Shown piece after piece: positions 36,983 through 46,964 of a stretch of DNA of 64,000 nt. The notes under the pieces were generated by a model. The model did not search any database. It had not been told where the DNA came from and saw nothing but the letters and a program-made list of their open reading frames with translations. Numbering within the stretch: position 1 is the first letter of the stretch; the number at the start of each line of letters is the position of its first letter. Source of the stretch: an uncultured bacterium (GTDB lineage: Bacteria > Verrucomicrobiota > Verrucomicrobiia > CAIQCK01); the NCBI GenBank assembly GCA_903870275.1, contig CAIQCK010000101.1, positions 13,141-77,140 on the forward strand. Direction: 5' to 3'. A program made the translations under genes and the position numbers.

Positions 36983-38164
36983 ATGCTCTGCCAGCAAACG
37001 ACTGCACATGCCGAGCCTGCCGTCGCCGCGAAAAGCGGCCGGCTGGCGTCGCTCGATGCGTTGCGCGGGCTGGACATGTTCTGGATCATCGGCGGCGGCC
37101 AGGCGGCGGTGGCAGCGGCCAAAGCCAGCGGCCAATCATGGCTCAACTGGGTTCCCGTCCAGATGAGCCACGTGGCATGGGACGGGTTCCGCTTCTATGA
37201 CCTGATCTTTCCGCTGTTCCTGTTCATGATCGGCGTCGCGATTCCCTACGCACTAGGCAAGCGTCTCAGCCGCGGCGACAGCCGCCCAAGCATCTACGGT
37301 CATCTCATCTTGCGCGTCGCCGTCATGATCGTGCTGGGAATGATGGTCAACGGTAGCTTGCTGACGCTCGACCCAAAGAAGTTCGAACTGACCTACAGCG
37401 TGCTCCAGATGCTGGCGCTGGGCTATTTCGTCGCGGCGGTTCTGTTCCTGAACCTGGGTCTGCGCGGCCAGATCATCGCCACGGTCGCGATGCTCGTGGG
37501 CTACTGGGCTTTGCTGGCGTTCGTGCCCGGTCCCGGCCATGAAATCGGACGGTTCCGCGAAGGCTGCAACGCGGGCGATTGGGTGACCGAATATCTTTTC
37601 GGCAAATGGCGCGGCCAGCAGATCGGCTGGGTCGTCGGCATTCTCGGCCATGCTTCGACCGCGATGCTCGGCGTGTTTGCCGGACACCTGCTTCGCTCCG
37701 GTCTGGACGCGTGGCAAAAACTGCGATGGCTCGCCGTGCTCGGCGTGGCCTGTCTCGCCGCAGGTTTTCTCTGGAGTGGCTGGCTTGCCGAATGGTTTCC
37801 GGGCGCGTGGAACCAGTGGCCCATCTGGTTCCCAATCATCAAGGTCCGATGGACGAGTTCGTACGCGCTCTACGCGGGCGGCATCAGTTTCCTGTTGCTG
37901 GCGCTCTGCTACCTGATCATTGACGTGCGGGGATGGCGCCGCTGGGCGGAGCCGTTCATGGCCATCGGCGCCAATTCGATCTTCGCCTACATGGCGTGGC
38001 AACTCTGCAGTTCCGCCTTCCGGCGCGTCGCGGAGGTATTTCTGGGCGGACTGAAGGCTTACGTCGGTCCATGGCACGAAACGATCCTCGCGGCCGGAAC
38101 ATTCGCTGTCTTGTGGATTCTGCTCGGCTACCTGTATCGCAAAGGAACTTTCATTCGCATCTGA
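36983..38164 (+). CDS. DUF5009/HGSNAT-like (heparan-alpha-glucosaminide N-acetyltransferase-like) integral membrane protein
   Basis: Motif R.ASLDALRGLDMFWII at the N-terminus followed by about 10 TM helices, typical of the DUF1624/DUF5009 acyltransferase-3-like family. Confidence 0.6.
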   Translation: MLCQQTTAHAEPAVAAKSGRLASLDALRGLDMFWIIGGGQAAVAAAKASGQSWLNWVPVQMSHVAWDGFRFYDLIFPLFLFMIGVAIPYALGKRLSRGDSRPSIYGHLILRVAVMIVLGMMVNGSLLTLDPKKFELTYSVLQMLALGYFVAAVLFLNLGLRGQIIATVAMLVGYWALLAFVPGPGHEIGRFREGCNAGDWVTEYLFGKWRGQQIGWVVGILGHASTAMLGVFAGHLLRSGLDAWQKLRWLAVLGVACLAAGFLWSGWLAEWFPGAWNQWPIWFPIIKVRWTSSYALYAGGISFLLLALCYLIIDVRGWRRWAEPFMAIGANSIFAYMAWQLCSSAFRRVAEVFLGGLKAYVGPWHETILAAGTFAVLWILLGYLYRKGTFIRI

Positions 38165-38204
38165 ACAACCGCCCATCATCGAAATCATAACAAAGGAGTC
38201 CGCC

Positions 38205-39047
38205 ATGTCTCGCGCACCACATTTTTCCCGACGACGTTTCCTCCAGATCACCGGCGCGGCCCTGCCCGCGTCCGTCCTTGCCGCCCCGGCATCGGGCAAG
38301 CTGAAATCGCACAAGTATGAGGAACTTCGCCCGGAGGAATTCTACGCCGAACTCGAACGCACGCCCATCGCCTACTGGGGTTGCGGCGCGATGGAAGAGC
38401 ACGGTTTGCAGAACCCGCTCGGCGTGGACCCGCTCACCGCTTATGAAATTTGTCTGCGGGCCGTAAAAATCTCCGGCGGCATTGTCTTTCCGCTGGTGCC
38501 GTTTGCGCCGGCCTACATGCCGCCGTGCCTGACGCGCCGCGAATTGCGCGAGAAGTCCAAGGAACTGTTCCTGCCGAGCCTCTGGACCAGCGGCGAGCTT
38601 TGCAAACAACTCTACATCGAGCTGCTCGAATCGCTCGCCGACATCGGCTTCAAGTCCTGCATCGCCTTCAGCGGCCATGCGCCCGCGGACGTGCTGCTTC
38701 AGCAGATTGACAAGGAACTCGGCGGCAAGGTGGGCGCGATGCGATTCTGGGGCGGCGGCACCGTGAGCATCCTGCGCGATCATCTCAAGGATCTGGCGAA
38801 ACAATACCCGCTCGGCATGGGCCACGGCATGATGTGGGAAACGTCATTCATGATGGCGCTCAATCCGGAGTGCGTGGACCTGCCGCGGGCGAAACGCGTC
38901 AAGGACTATCCGCGGCCTTCGCAGCTCTCCAAACAACCCGACAAGAATCTTGACGATATCTCCAACGCCAACACCGAACTCGGCAACCGCGAATTCAACC
39001 TCGCCGCCGAGCGCGCCGCCAAGATCGCGCGCGAGATGCTCCAATAA
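38205..39047 (+). CDS. creatininase-family amidohydrolase-like protein, Tat signal
   Basis: Tat motif SRRRFLQITGAALPA. Creatininase-fold metal-site motif ..AYWGCGAMEEHG..PLGVD.. and ..FSGHAP... Confidence 0.6.
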   Translation: MSRAPHFSRRRFLQITGAALPASVLAAPASGKLKSHKYEELRPEEFYAELERTPIAYWGCGAMEEHGLQNPLGVDPLTAYEICLRAVKISGGIVFPLVPFAPAYMPPCLTRRELREKSKELFLPSLWTSGELCKQLYIELLESLADIGFKSCIAFSGHAPADVLLQQIDKELGGKVGAMRFWGGGTVSILRDHLKDLAKQYPLGMGHGMMWETSFMMALNPECVDLPRAKRVKDYPRPSQLSKQPDKNLDDISNANTELGNREFNLAAERAAKIAREMLQ

Positions 39048-39082
39048 TTGAACGCCGCGACTCAATAAATTCGAACTCATCC

Positions 39083-41776
39083 ATGAAACCCGTCTTCCCC
39101 TTCTGTCTTGCCGCGCTGTTCGTGGCCGGCGTTGCAACCGCAACGGATTTTTACGTCGCGGCCACCGGCGACGACGCCAATCCCGGCACGAAGACGAAGC
39201 CGTTCGCGACGCTGGAACACGCGCGCGACGCCGTCCGGCAATCCAAGACCCAAAATCCAAAGTCCAAAATCGAAGTCTTTCTCCGCGGCGGAGTTTACCG
39301 CGTCGAAAAGACGATCGAGTTCACGCTGGAAGACTCAGGCTCCGAGGACGCGCCGATCACTTACGCGGCATACGGCAGCGAGCGGCCGGTCATTTCAGGC
39401 GGTCGGCAAATTACCGGCTGGCAGAAAGGCGACGGCAAGCTCTGGCAAACGGTCGTGCCGGACGTGAAGGAAGGCCGCTGGTATTTCAACCAGCTTTTCG
39501 TCAACGGACAGCGGCGCACACGAGCACGGACGCCCAACAAGGGCTTCCTCTACACCGAAGGCATCCTCGCGCCGTTCAATCGCGCGAAATGGTCCAGCGA
39601 CACGGTGGCAAAACACGGCTTTGTGTTTCGCGACGGCGACATCAAGCGCTGGCGTAATTTCAACGACGCCGTGGTCGTCGTTTATCACTCATGGACAACC
39701 TCGATTCACCTGATCACCGATCTTGATTCCGGGCAGCGAACAGTGCGGCTCGCGCCGTCGTCGCGATGGCCCATCGGTTACTGGTGGGAATACAACACGC
39801 GATATCACGTCGAAAATATTTTCGAGGCGCTCGACGAGCCGGGCGAATGGTATCTCGACCGCGCTACGGGCGTTTTGAGCTACTGGCCAATGCCCGGCGA
39901 GAACATGCGTCGCGCGGAAGTCGTCGCGCCGGTCGTGCGGCAGACGCTGGTCGCGTTCCAAGGCGCGGCGGCGAAGAAGCAATACGTTGAATACCTTCGC
40001 TTCGCCGGCCTGTCGTTCCAGCACACGGATTACCTGCTCGCGCCGGACATGCCGCCTGATGAGCAAGGGGCCACGGAGCGCTTGCCGCTGATCGCCGCCG
40101 AAGGGTTGCGCCACGCGGTCTTTGAAAACTGCGAGATCACCCACGCCGGTGAGAACGCCCTCTGGCTCGATAGTGGTTGCGCCAACAACGTCTTCCGCCG
40201 CTGCCACATTCACGACCTCGGCGGCAGCGCCATATTCATCGGCCCGAAGAAATGGCGCGATACGCCGGAAGAACGCGTCGAGCGCAACGTTGTGGACAAC
40301 TGTTTCATTCACGATGGCTCGCACATATTCCTCGGCAGTCAGGGCGTGTGGATCGGCCGCTCCTCATACAACGAGGTGACGCACAACGAGATTTCCGACT
40401 TCGCCCATCTCGGCATCTCCGTCGGTCACTCGTGGGGTTACGCGCCGAGCAGCGCGCACAACAACCGGATCGCTTTCAACCACGTCCACCACATCTGCAA
40501 CGGATTTTTCAGTGACGGCGGCGGCATTTATACGCTCGGCATTTCGCCGGGCACAGTGATCCTGAACAACGTCGTCCACGACGTGGTGCCGACACCGCAG
40601 ATGCCGGTCGGCGGTACCGGCATCTACCTCGACGAAGGCTCCAGCGACATCGTCGTCGAGAGCAACCTCGTCTATCGCGTGGGCGCGGGCGCGTTCAACC
40701 AGCACTACGGGAAGGAAAACCTCGTGCGGAACAACATCTTCGCTTTCGGCGGGCGCAATCCGATCACCAGCGGCCGGCCGGAGGACCATTTGTCCTTCAC
40801 GTTCGAGGGCAACATCGCCCTGTCCAGCGAAGGCCAGGCCACGGCGGACCATTTCAGCCCGCTCAAATCAAAAACCGCGTTCCGCCACAATCTCTACTGG
40901 GACACCTCGACCACGGAACCGCTTTTCTCGAGTGTGAGTTTCGCCGAGTGGCAGCGCACCGGCCGCGACCAGGACTCGCACATCGCCGACCCGCAGTTCT
41001 ACGACGCGACGCATGGCGATTTCCGGCTCAAGAAAACCTCGCCCGCGCTCGCTATGGGTTTCCAACCGATCGCAACGGACCTTGTGGGTCTCTACGGCGA
41101 CGTCGCATGGGTGAACGCACCCAAGCGAATCAAGCGGGCGCCACTTCCCGATCTTCCGCCGCTGCCACCCGCGCCACCGCCGAAACCGCTGGTTATGGAT
41201 TTTGAATCCGACGCCACCGGCAAACAACCGGCTATGCTCACATGCACGCCCGCCGACCGAACCGACGTGCTGCAAGTGACTGAGGAAACGGCCGCCAGCG
41301 GAACGAAGTGCCTTAAGTTCACCCACGCCGCCGGTTTGCAACACTCCTGGCAGCCGCACGTCTATTACAGTTCCACCCGCTACACGAACGGCCTCGTCCG
41401 GTTCTCTTGTGACATCCAAAACAGCGCCGCGCATCCCTCCGATTGCTATGTCGGCTTGCGCGACTGGGGCAATGGCGGCGGCTCATATCGCGAGGGCGCC
41501 AGCCTGCTGCTGAAAACTGATGGCACGCTTTGTGCCAACGGCAAGCCCATCGTCAAAGTCGGGCTTGGTCGCTGGGCACACCTTGAAATTCAAACCGGGA
41601 CCGCCGATTACCGTCTAGCGGTCACCATCGCCAGTGAAAAAGAGCAAGTCTTCGAGCATCTGCCCTACGCCAATCCGGAATACCGTCAATTTACCTGGTT
41701 CGGTTTCTCATCTATGGGCAAACCCGGCGTGATCTTTTACGTGGATAACATTCGCCTGGAGTTACTTCCCAAATGA
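39083..41776 (+). CDS. secreted right-handed parallel beta-helix protein (pectate-lyase fold; polysaccharide lyase/hydrolase-like) with C-terminal beta-sandwich domain
   Basis: Signal peptide. DFYVAATGDDANPGTKTKPFATLEHARDAV N-terminus typical of beta-helix (Pectate_lyase_3/Beta_helix) CAZymes. Many ..N.....N.. coil repeats. Pro-rich linker PLPDLPPLPPAPPPKP followed by about 190-aa beta-sandwich. Contains in-frame 7-nt repeats at 39244-39278. Confidence 0.7.
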   Translation: MKPVFPFCLAALFVAGVATATDFYVAATGDDANPGTKTKPFATLEHARDAVRQSKTQNPKSKIEVFLRGGVYRVEKTIEFTLEDSGSEDAPITYAAYGSERPVISGGRQITGWQKGDGKLWQTVVPDVKEGRWYFNQLFVNGQRRTRARTPNKGFLYTEGILAPFNRAKWSSDTVAKHGFVFRDGDIKRWRNFNDAVVVVYHSWTTSIHLITDLDSGQRTVRLAPSSRWPIGYWWEYNTRYHVENIFEALDEPGEWYLDRATGVLSYWPMPGENMRRAEVVAPVVRQTLVAFQGAAAKKQYVEYLRFAGLSFQHTDYLLAPDMPPDEQGATERLPLIAAEGLRHAVFENCEITHAGENALWLDSGCANNVFRRCHIHDLGGSAIFIGPKKWRDTPEERVERNVVDNCFIHDGSHIFLGSQGVWIGRSSYNEVTHNEISDFAHLGISVGHSWGYAPSSAHNNRIAFNHVHHICNGFFSDGGGIYTLGISPGTVILNNVVHDVVPTPQMPVGGTGIYLDEGSSDIVVESNLVYRVGAGAFNQHYGKENLVRNNIFAFGGRNPITSGRPEDHLSFTFEGNIALSSEGQATADHFSPLKSKTAFRHNLYWDTSTTEPLFSSVSFAEWQRTGRDQDSHIADPQFYDATHGDFRLKKTSPALAMGFQPIATDLVGLYGDVAWVNAPKRIKRAPLPDLPPLPPAPPPKPLVMDFESDATGKQPAMLTCTPADRTDVLQVTEETAASGTKCLKFTHAAGLQHSWQPHVYYSSTRYTNGLVRFSCDIQNSAAHPSDCYVGLRDWGNGGGSYREGASLLLKTDGTLCANGKPIVKVGLGRWAHLEIQTGTADYRLAVTIASEKEQVFEHLPYANPEYRQFTWFGFSSMGKPGVIFYVDNIRLELLPK
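39244..39278 (+). repeat. intragenic heptanucleotide tandem repeat (CAARRYC)x4-5
   Basis: caagacc caaaatc caaagtc caaaatc gaagtct, encoding ..SKTQNPKSKIEV.. about 55 codons into 39083..41776. Confidence 0.7.
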
Positions 41777-41805
41777 CACGGTTCAGCAAACACAAAGACT
41801 CGATT

Positions 41806-44800
41806 ATGAAGAAGATATTGTGCATCGCCGCCGCCATGGCCGCTGCGGCCATCAGCCACGCCGACGTGTCCCTTTACGTCGCCACCAACGGCGACGACGC
41901 CAATCCCGGCACGAAGGCCAAACCGTTCGCGACGCTGGAGCACGCGCGCGACGCCGTCCGGGAATCTCAAATTTCAAATCGCAAATCTCAAATTGTGGTG
42001 TATGTCCGCGCCGGAACCTACGAACTGACAACGACGTTCAAGCTCACCACCGAGGATTCCGGTACTGAAAAAGCGCCGGTGGTTTATCGGGCGTATCCGA
42101 AGGAGAAGGTCCTGCTCATCGGCGGCAAGCGGATCACCGGCTTCACGCCATACAAGGGCGCGATTCTCAAAGCCGATGTCGGCGCGCAGGGGTTCACGAA
42201 TTATTTCCGCCAGCTTTTCCTCGACGGCAAGCGGATGCAGCTCGCGCGGTATCCGAATTACGATCCGGTGAATCCCAACGGCGGGTTCGCCTACGTGGAC
42301 GGCCCGTTGCCGAAGGACTCCGAGAAATACAAGGAGAAGCCGGAGTATCGGCCGCGGCAGATTTGTTTCAAGCCCAGCGACGCCCGCTCGTGGGCGCACC
42401 CGGAACAGGCCGAGGTGATTTATTTCCCGTGGCACAACTGGATGAACATCAGCGTCCCCGTCGCGTCGGTGGACAAGGAGCAGCGGCTCATCACGCTGAC
42501 GCGCGACGTGAAGACGCATGCCGGCTACCCCGGCGGCGTTCGCCCGGGCGACCGTTACTATGTCCGCAATGTGTTTGAGGAACTCGACTCGCCCGGCGAA
42601 TGGTTTCTCGACCGCGAGACGCACACGCTCTACTTCTGGCCGCCCGCCGACAGTAGCCGTCTACGTAAGGAGACGGGCGGAACCGCAGCAACGCCAAATC
42701 CGCCTCCTCACGTCGGCGGCTACGAGGCAATGAACGTTTACGCTCCGACCACCGAGAACCTGATCGAGATCGGCGCGAACGCCGCGTGGATCACCATCCG
42801 CGGGTTCACACTGGAATGCTGCGACGGCTACGCGGTGGCGTTGCGAGGGGCGAGCAACTGCCTCGTGGCCGCCAACACAATCCGCAACACGGCGGGCGGA
42901 CGCATCGGCGGCGGTGGCGCCGTGCTCGTGGACGGCGGCGCGAACTGCGGCGTCGTTGGCAATGACATCTATGACGTGGGCAACATCGGCATTACACTGC
43001 GCGGCGGCGACAAGGAGACGCTCAAGCCGGCCGGGCATTACGCCGACAACAACTACCTCCACCACATCGGCGTCCTCAACGGCCACGGCAACGGCATCAA
43101 GATCGAGGGCGTTGGCCTGCGCGTCTCGCACAACCTGTTGCACGACATCACCCGCAACAGCATCTACGGCGGCGGCAACGATTGCGTTGTGGAATACAAC
43201 CACGTCCGCCACGACAACCTGATGACCGAGGACACCGCCGGTTATTACAACGGCGGCAACTGGCACAACCGCGGCCAGATCGTCCGCTACAATTATGTCC
43301 ACGACACGCTCGGCTACGGCCGCCACGGCGGCAAATGGGTCTGGCCGTTCTTCGCCTGGGGCATCTACCTCGACGACGACGAAAGCGGCACGCACGTCTA
43401 TGGCAACATCGTCGCCCGCACCATGCTCGGCGGCTTCCACATCCACGCCGGCCGCGAGAACGTCATCGAGAACAACATCATCATCGACTGCGAGAAGCAG
43501 CAGTTCCAGATGTCCGGCCACGACCCGAGAAGCAGCCAGTGGCTGATTGACAAGAAGATGGCCGAGTTCGCGAAGTTCCAGCACAACCCCGCCTACGCGA
43601 AATATCCGGAGGTGCCGGCGCTCGACCCGGAAAAAGCGTGGCTGATGGTCGGGAACCAATTCTGCCGCAACATTGTCTGCTACCGGGGCACCAACTCCAT
43701 GCTCTACACCTATTCGCAGGATCGGTTTCCCGAACAGAACACGACCGACAACAATCTGGTCTGGCATTTCGACCAGCCGATCACTGTGCAACACAGCACC
43801 GGCTGGAAATCAGCGAAATACTCGTGGGAGGAATGGCAGAAGGCGGGCCACGACCAGCATTCCGTCGTCGCCGACCCGCTTTTCGTGAACGCCACGAAGG
43901 ACGATTACCGGCTCAAGAAAAACTCGCCTGCGTTCAAGCTCGGTTTCAAACCGATCCCCATCGAAAAGATCGGCCCGTATCGCGACGAACTCCGCGCGAG
44001 CTGGCCCATCGTCGAGGCCGAAGGTGTCCGCGAACATCCGCAGCCCGTCGAGATGGGCTCGCTCTGGCCCGACCAGGCGCCCGTGGGCGACGGCACCTTC
44101 GACACGGCCAACGCCAACATCACCGTGCATCTCCCCTCGCCCGACAAAGCCAACGGCGCGGCGGTGGTCATCTGTCCCGGCGGCGGCTACCAGCGCCTCA
44201 TGGTCCAACCCGAAGGCCACCAGATCGCCCGCTGGCTCAACGAGCACGGCATCGCGGGCATTGTGCTGGAATACCGGATGCCGGAGGGCCGGCATCTCGT
44301 CCCGTTGCTCGACGCCCAGCGCGCCATCCGCTACGTGCGATCGCGGGCCGCCGAGTGGCGCATCGCGCCGGATCGCATCGGCATCATGGGCTTCTCCGCC
44401 GGCGGACACCTCGCGTCCACGGCCGTCACCCACTTCGACGACGGCGACCCGAAGGCCGCCGATCCCGTCGCGCGCCTGGGTTGTCGTCCTGATTTCGGAA
44501 TCCTCATTTATCCCGTCGTCACGATGGGCGACAAAACCCACAGCGGCACGAAGAAGAACCTGCTCGGTCCCGACCCGAAGCCGGAACTGGTCAAGCTGTT
44601 CTCCAACGAAGAACAAGTCACCGCCAAAACACCGCCAACGTTCCTCGCCCACGCGATAGACGACAAGGCCGTGCCGATAGACAACAGCCGGAACTTTGCC
44701 GAGGCGATGAAAGCTCACAACGTCCCCGTCAAATATCTAGAACTCCCCTCCGGTGGCCACGGCCTCAACCACTACTCCGGCCCCATGTGGGACGCGTGGC

Positions 44801-44880
44801 AGACGCAGTCAATCGAGTGGCTAGCCGCGCAGGGATTCACCTCGCGAGGCAACGCTTCTCGCGCGTCAAAAACACCGTGA
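41806..44880 (+). CDS. secreted beta-helix protein (paralog of 39083..41776) fused to C-terminal alpha/beta-hydrolase carbohydrate-esterase domain
   Basis: N-terminus about 70% identical to the upstream gene (DVSLYVATNGDDANPGTKAKPFATLEHARDAV). C-terminal about 300 aa has esterase features (..VVICPGGGY.., nucleophile elbow GFSAGGHLA, ..HGLNHY..). ATG at 41806; the ORF extends back to 41773, overlapping the previous stop. Contains 7-nt repeats at 41968-41995. Confidence 0.7.
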   Translation: MKKILCIAAAMAAAAISHADVSLYVATNGDDANPGTKAKPFATLEHARDAVRESQISNRKSQIVVYVRAGTYELTTTFKLTTEDSGTEKAPVVYRAYPKEKVLLIGGKRITGFTPYKGAILKADVGAQGFTNYFRQLFLDGKRMQLARYPNYDPVNPNGGFAYVDGPLPKDSEKYKEKPEYRPRQICFKPSDARSWAHPEQAEVIYFPWHNWMNISVPVASVDKEQRLITLTRDVKTHAGYPGGVRPGDRYYVRNVFEELDSPGEWFLDRETHTLYFWPPADSSRLRKETGGTAATPNPPPHVGGYEAMNVYAPTTENLIEIGANAAWITIRGFTLECCDGYAVALRGASNCLVAANTIRNTAGGRIGGGGAVLVDGGANCGVVGNDIYDVGNIGITLRGGDKETLKPAGHYADNNYLHHIGVLNGHGNGIKIEGVGLRVSHNLLHDITRNSIYGGGNDCVVEYNHVRHDNLMTEDTAGYYNGGNWHNRGQIVRYNYVHDTLGYGRHGGKWVWPFFAWGIYLDDDESGTHVYGNIVARTMLGGFHIHAGRENVIENNIIIDCEKQQFQMSGHDPRSSQWLIDKKMAEFAKFQHNPAYAKYPEVPALDPEKAWLMVGNQFCRNIVCYRGTNSMLYTYSQDRFPEQNTTDNNLVWHFDQPITVQHSTGWKSAKYSWEEWQKAGHDQHSVVADPLFVNATKDDYRLKKNSPAFKLGFKPIPIEKIGPYRDELRASWPIVEAEGVREHPQPVEMGSLWPDQAPVGDGTFDTANANITVHLPSPDKANGAAVVICPGGGYQRLMVQPEGHQIARWLNEHGIAGIVLEYRMPEGRHLVPLLDAQRAIRYVRSRAAEWRIAPDRIGIMGFSAGGHLASTAVTHFDDGDPKAADPVARLGCRPDFGILIYPVVTMGDKTHSGTKKNLLGPDPKPELVKLFSNEEQVTAKTPPTFLAHAIDDKAVPIDNSRNFAEAMKAHNVPVKYLELPSGGHGLNHYSGPMWDAWQTQSIEWLAAQGFTSRGNASRASKTP
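41968..41995 (+). repeat. intragenic heptanucleotide tandem repeat (CAAATYN)x4
   Basis: caaattt caaatcg caaatct caaattg, encoding ..SQISNRKSQIV.. at the position homologous to the repeat in the upstream paralog. Confidence 0.7.
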
Positions 44881-44964
44881 CAAGCCAATGGCTGGAGCGG
44901 TGCCGGGAAATATTCATGGGAATCGGATTCCAAGTCGCACGGCTGTGCTTCCCTGCCGTGCGCG

Positions 44965-46644
44965 TTATCGGAGCTTGGCCGACTTCAGATAGATGACGCC
45001 GGGCTTGATGAGTTCGGCCAGCGTGAGGCCGCCGAAACCTGTGGCGGTGGTGCTGAAGGTGCCCCAAGGCATTTCGGGATCGCAGAGGATGCCGAGCCGG
45101 GCCGCCCAGTCCGGGTTGCAAAGGACGACGGTCGCGCGCCGCACGGCTTCGGCAACCTCGGGGTCACGGGTCATGCTGCGATCATACTCGATGAGCACCA
45201 GCGGCATGGCCGCGGCCTTGGAGTTGGTCCAGGGATCGGTCAGCGGCCACCAGACGCCATGCTCGCGCGCGGCGAGCAGCCCGTGATCGCCCTTGATGTG
45301 CCAGCCGTAAACCCGACGGATTTTTTCTTTCAGGGCCTGGTCGGTCGTCCAGTGCCAGACCCAGAGGATGGCTTCGTGGTAGTAGTACACGTCGCCGAAG
45401 TCGGTGACGCCCACCGCGCTGCTGCTGGCCTTGGCGTGATGGTGATGGATGGGCCGTCCGTCTTCCCGCCAGTCATCGAGCAGGAACCGCACGGCGCGTT
45501 CCGCAATCTTCAGGTCCTCGTCCCGGCCCGTGATCGCATAAAGTGCGCAAAAGCTCATGCCTTGGGTGCCGGTGGCCACGCTGTAGGGGACGGTCATGTC
45601 CTTGCCGCCCCATCGCCCGTTGGTGAAGGCACCGGAAGGCAGTTGCCAGCGCGCGGCGTAGTCGTGGGCAAACCGCTGGAGGGACTGGAGGTAGAGCTTC
45701 TTGCGCGCCTCGTCCACGTAGGGATAGGCGACGGCAAGGCAAGTGGAGATCGAGCCGACGTCGGCGGTGTTGGTGGTGCCGCTCTGCGCTTTCTGGATTT
45801 GCTCCGGGGTCCGCTGGGCGAGCGGCTTGTTGGCGAAACCCGAGGACCAGGCTCCGTTGGGGAGCTGTTCGCCGACGAGTTTGTCGAGGCACACGGTCAC
45901 CGCGTCGAGGTAGGCTTTGTTGCCGAAGATCTCATAGCCCGCCAGCAGCGACCGCACGGGGTAGGATGTGCGATACCACTCGGAGGAGTTCGGGTTGAAG
46001 GAACCGCTCTCGGTTTGATGGGCCAGCAACCAGTCGCAGTAGCGCTTCAACGCTTTCGATGCGTCAGGCTGACCGCAGGCGTTGATCTCCGCGAGCGTGG
46101 GGACCAACTTCGACGGCCCATCGGGAAGCGCGCGGTGCACACCGGACTGCTTTGGGCCGCGGATGACCATCGAGTTGATGGCAAAATTCACGCCGCCCTC
46201 GACGGGAATGATGCCGATGCGGAGCCTCTCGTCCTCGACCATCGCGGGGAAGACCTTGCTGATGAACTTACCCTTGGGGGTCGCCAGTTTCGCGAAGACC
46301 ACCTGCCCTTGCGCCAGGACGTTGAAGGGCCCGTGGGCGTAGTTGGAATCGCCGAAGGTGACCTCCACCTCGTAGCAGCCGTTATCCAGTCCGACCGTGA
46401 ACTCGCCTCGATCTCCATGAATGAAGTCACGGTGCAACAAGTCGTCGCCGCCCCGATCGCGCGTGCTTAAGCCCCGGCCCTTCCAAAAAAAGCGGGGATC
46501 GGAAGGCTTGACGTCCACGGGCAGGAATCCCGGGGCGCAGGTGGCGGCGGGGCCGAAGTCTATTTGATAGACGACGTTTGTCGGATCGGCCGAGGCACCG
46601 GTTGCCCCGCCCAGCACGAACAGGACGGCGAGAATCGTTCTCAT
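44965..46644 (-). CDS. secreted glycoside-hydrolase-like protein (N-terminal CBM/malectin-like domain + (alpha/alpha)6-toroid domain)
   Basis: Signal peptide MRTILAVLFVLGGATGASA at ATG 46644. About 150-aa beta-sandwich, then alpha-helical repeats with W/Y-rich segments typical of (alpha/alpha)6 GH or lyase-like enzymes. The ORF extends to 46899. Confidence 0.5.
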   Translation of the reverse strand: MRTILAVLFVLGGATGASADPTNVVYQIDFGPAATCAPGFLPVDVKPSDPRFFWKGRGLSTRDRGGDDLLHRDFIHGDRGEFTVGLDNGCYEVEVTFGDSNYAHGPFNVLAQGQVVFAKLATPKGKFISKVFPAMVEDERLRIGIIPVEGGVNFAINSMVIRGPKQSGVHRALPDGPSKLVPTLAEINACGQPDASKALKRYCDWLLAHQTESGSFNPNSSEWYRTSYPVRSLLAGYEIFGNKAYLDAVTVCLDKLVGEQLPNGAWSSGFANKPLAQRTPEQIQKAQSGTTNTADVGSISTCLAVAYPYVDEARKKLYLQSLQRFAHDYAARWQLPSGAFTNGRWGGKDMTVPYSVATGTQGMSFCALYAITGRDEDLKIAERAVRFLLDDWREDGRPIHHHHAKASSSAVGVTDFGDVYYYHEAILWVWHWTTDQALKEKIRRVYGWHIKGDHGLLAAREHGVWWPLTDPWTNSKAAAMPLVLIEYDRSMTRDPEVAEAVRRATVVLCNPDWAARLGILCDPEMPWGTFSTTATGFGGLTLAELIKPGVIYLKSAKLR

Positions 46645-46964
46645 GTTATGGCTCCTCATGCGCGGCTCGCGGCTCCACGATTTCATCGGCGTGGCTCGAT
46701 GGGCAAAGTGTAGCCGCTTCGCGTGGCGGCACAAATCAATTTGTCGGCGCGCTCCGCGATGGCGGGATTGGGCCAAAGGCTCATGCGAACGGAAAGCGCT
46801 GGCAGGAATTTTTTCATGGCGCGCGGGCGGAGTGCGGTGGCACTCTGCCGGAAGCCAGAAAGAGATTGCACAGCCGATGGCCGGCAATGAATCCGTCAAG
46901 AGTCGTGAACCGCCCCCGATGGAGAATCACTGACCTGTATATTTTTCCAAGGTGTTGTGCAAAT

